Of a stretch of 57,431 nucleotides of DNA, positions 54,982-57,431 are shown in pieces. Under the pieces are notes generated by a model. The model did no database searches. It was not told the DNA's origin and saw only the letters and a list, made by a program, of their open reading frames with translations. The stretch is from a virus (taxonomy: Duplodnaviria > Caudoviricetes), in IMG/VR virus record IMGVR_UViG_3300043652_000015, positions 1 to 57,431 of that record; one strand, written 5' to 3'. Position 1 is the stretch's first letter. Each line of letters starts with the position of its first letter. The translations under genes and the position numbers were made by a program.

Positions 54982-55359
54982 ATGCGCACCGTCTCCATCA
55001 CCGACGACGGCACCACCACCATCGAGCTCACCGACGCCGAAGCCCACGCGCTGCGGAACCAGCTCCCGCAGATCAGCGGCAGCCCCGTAGCCCACGAGTT
55101 GCAGCGGCACCTCGCGATGGGCCACGGCGAGATCGGCCACCAGCACACCGAGACCGGGTCCGCTGTCACCGTGGACGACCTCGCGCAGCTGATCCACGCC
55201 GCCGACGTACACGTCAACGACGGCGACTACCCCTCCTGGGATGACCTGTCCAAGACGCCCGGCCTCGGCCAGGACGACGTCCGCAAGGCCGCCCGGTGGC
55301 TCCTGCGACGCCTGACGATCACCCACCGCTTCCCCGCCGCCACGAAGGAGTCCCGATGA
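54982..55359 (+). CDS. Hypothetical protein
   Basis: ATG after GAGG. Confidence 0.55.
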   Translation: MRTVSITDDGTTTIELTDAEAHALRNQLPQISGSPVAHELQRHLAMGHGEIGHQHTETGSAVTVDDLAQLIHAADVHVNDGDYPSWDDLSKTPGLGQDDVRKAARWLLRRLTITHRFPAATKESR

Positions 55360-55547
55360 TCTGCCCGAACCCGGACTGCACCGGCGAGGAACTGGAGACC
55401 TTCGAGGTCGAGACCCGCTACGGCCTCCTCGGTTCCGGCCTGTGGGTCGACTGCCCCGACTGCGGCGCCTCGATCGAGATCGAGGTGCTGATCCTCGAAC
55501 CCCGCCGCAGCCTGTCCGACATCAACGGCGCCCCCACCCCTGCCTGA
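55356..55547 (+). CDS. Small Zn-ribbon-like protein
   Basis: CPNPDC..CPDCG; ATGA overlap. Confidence 0.55.
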   Translation: MICPNPDCTGEELETFEVETRYGLLGSGLWVDCPDCGASIEIEVLILEPRRSLSDINGAPTPA

Positions 55548-55587
55548 CTCTCGCCCCGCCGCCCGACCGAACCGAAAGGCACCCGCC

Positions 55588-55836
55588 GTGGCTGACCGTC
55601 TGACCGACCGCATGTCCACCACCCAGATCACCCACCTGGCCGCCCGCGTCACCGACAGCGCGCAGAGCATCGCCGAGGACCTGGCCCGGTTCGCCGCCCG
55701 CGCCGGTCAGGGCAAGTTCCTCGGCGATGAGGCCCGCACCCTGACCGAGGCGATGCTCCGGCTCACGTGGCAGGCGTCGCGCCTGGACGGGATGCGGGAG
55801 ATCGCCGAGCTGCACGCCGCCGAGGAGCAGTCATGA
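55588..55836 (+). CDS. Hypothetical protein
   Basis: GTG after GAAAGG. Confidence 0.5.
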   Translation: MADRLTDRMSTTQITHLAARVTDSAQSIAEDLARFAARAGQGKFLGDEARTLTEAMLRLTWQASRLDGMREIAELHAAEEQS

Positions 55837-56399
55837 CCGAGCCCCTGACCGACCGGCAGCTCGCCGCCATGCAGGCCCGCGAATCCGCTGCCACACCCCC
55901 GCCCTGGAACGCCGTCGACGCCACCGACGGCTTCGTGGCCCTGGTCCGGACCGACGGTGCGGACGCCCGGACTCTCGCCCGGGTTGCCGTGGCTGCTGAC
56001 GGCGAGTTCATGGCCCGGGCCCGGGCCGACATGCCCGCGCTCCTCGCCGAGGTGACCCGCCTCAGGACTGAGCTGGACCTGGCCCGCGAGGCCCGCCTGG
56101 AATGGTCCCGCATCGGCGACCACCCCGAACTCGCCCACTGGGCTGATTCCCTCGTCAGCGCCGACCTCACCCCGCACCCCGCCCACGCCTGCTGCAGCAC
56201 CACCACCGGGTACGAGGTCGCGATGCAGGTCGCCACCACCGACCAGCTCACCGACACCGCCACGGCCGAGCTGCTGGCCGAGCTGAAGGCGGCGTTCACC
56301 GCCACCGTGTGCCGCGTCCTCGGCCGCACCGACGTAGCCGCCCCCTCCTGCTCGTGCGGGGCGCGGCCCGTGCGCCAGGTCGGAAGCGCGGGCGAATAG
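55833..56399 (+). CDS. Hypothetical protein (Ead/Ea22-like N-terminal motif)
   Basis: AATPPPW..DGEFMARARADMPALLAEVTRLR. Confidence 0.55.
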   Translation: MTEPLTDRQLAAMQARESAATPPPWNAVDATDGFVALVRTDGADARTLARVAVAADGEFMARARADMPALLAEVTRLRTELDLAREARLEWSRIGDHPELAHWADSLVSADLTPHPAHACCSTTTGYEVAMQVATTDQLTDTATAELLAELKAAFTATVCRVLGRTDVAAPSCSCGARPVRQVGSAGE

Positions 56400-56441
56400 C
56401 CGGCCGACCAACCACCGCCCGTCAACTGACCAAGGAGCAGC

Positions 56442-56969
56442 ATGACCAGCACCGTCGCACCACCGCGCTGCACAGTCCGCACATGCACATGGAAACCCAC
56501 CGCGGCCGGCGCCCAGCCCTGGACTGAGGACACCCGCAACCAGGCACTCGCCGACCACCTCACCAGCGAGCACGACCAGCCCGTCACACCGTTCCTGGCC
56601 GGGATCCTCGCCAGCTCTGACCGGCTCGCCAACGACCTCAGCCTCGAAGGCGGTGACCTCATCGAGGCACGCGCCCTCGACGCTGCCCGCGAAGTCGGCC
56701 GGCCGCTCGGGCTCGGGGACGACGTGATCGACGCCGTGGCCGCGCCGCTCGTCCGCTGGCTTCGCGCAGACGAGCAGACCCGCCAGTACCTCAAGGGCAT
56801 CTACGAGCACGCCGCTGGCCAAGTCACGGCCATGCGCAAGCTCCACCGCCAGATGCGCGCCACGGACTTCGACAAGGCCCGGTGCTTCCACTGCCAGGAG
56901 CCGTGGCCCTGCACCGAAGCCCAGATCGCCTACAGCCTGCCGGCACCGGCCGGCGCCTCGGAGAGCTGA
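56442..56969 (+). CDS. Hypothetical protein with Cys/His motifs
   Basis: ATG after AAGGAG; LH..CFHCQEPWPCTE. Confidence 0.55.
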   Translation: MTSTVAPPRCTVRTCTWKPTAAGAQPWTEDTRNQALADHLTSEHDQPVTPFLAGILASSDRLANDLSLEGGDLIEARALDAAREVGRPLGLGDDVIDAVAAPLVRWLRADEQTRQYLKGIYEHAAGQVTAMRKLHRQMRATDFDKARCFHCQEPWPCTEAQIAYSLPAPAGASES

Positions 56970-56972
56970 CCC

Positions 56973-57251
56973 ATGAACACCAGCCCGCCCGTGACCACGT
57001 TCGCCGAGACCGCGGCCCTGTGGCACGTCATGAACGAGAACCGCGGCGAGGCCCGACGTATCGCCGTCGAGCTGCTGCCCAACGAGCGCGCCGAGTTCGT
57101 CGCCCAACTCGAAGAGCTCATCAGCATCCTCGGCGACCCGTGCCCGGAGTGCCGGCGCCTGATGCCGGACTCGCTGATGGTGACGCTGAACCCGATGGAC
57201 CCCGTGCTGCGCCGAACGATCTGCAAGGAATGCGCCGGCGAGCCCGTCTGA
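56973..57251 (+). CDS. Hypothetical protein with CxxC pairs
   Basis: CPEC, CKEC. Confidence 0.55.
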   Translation: MNTSPPVTTFAETAALWHVMNENRGEARRIAVELLPNERAEFVAQLEELISILGDPCPECRRLMPDSLMVTLNPMDPVLRRTICKECAGEPV

Positions 57252-57295
57252 CCGCCCGCCCCACCCCTGCCTTGACCACTGCCTGAGGAGTCCCG

Positions 57296-57431
57296 ATGCC
57301 CGCCCTGCTGTCACCGCTGCCGCCCGACGACTTCCGCAAGCGCTGGTCCGTCGCCGGCCACCCGAACCTGCAAGTCCAGGCGGAGTACGACGAGGAGTCT
57401 CACCGGCGTGCCCAGTTGCGCGGTTACTCCG
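57296..57431 (+). CDS. Partial hypothetical protein (runs off window)
   Basis: ATG after GAGGAG; frame open to the window end. Confidence 0.45.
   Translation, partial: MPALLSPLPPDDFRKRWSVAGHPNLQVQAEYDEESHRRAQLRGYS

Overview
This window is a near-complete (57.4 kb) genome of a temperate, high-GC actinobacterial siphophage of the Streptomyces/Kitasatospora type. It opens just upstream of the small terminase and ends inside a right-arm gene. The left arm (+) runs terminases, portal, MuF-like head protein, scaffold, capsid, a GT4 glycosyltransferase, head-tail connectors, tail tube, frameshifted chaperones, tape measure with an NlpC/P60 domain, minor tails and a beta-helix tailspike. It ends in a lysis cassette: holin, two membrane proteins, a papain-like protease and a GH25 endolysin. 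The centre holds accessory regulators, a large serine integrase and a repressor/Cro switch. The right arm holds antirepressors, RecE/RecT-like recombination genes, DnaQ, WhiB, a replication initiator, a DnaB-like helicase and many small ORFs. The stand-out observation is a 363-aa intein (4350-5438) in the MuF-like gene that has no endonuclease in its own frame. Instead, the opposite strand encodes an in-register ~340-aa protein of three HTH repeats plus a Vsr/DUF559-like nuclease. Its apparent extended -10 promoter and Shine-Dalgarno are written into the codons of the intein's C-terminal splicing motifs. All calls are from manual motif recognition; no searches were run.
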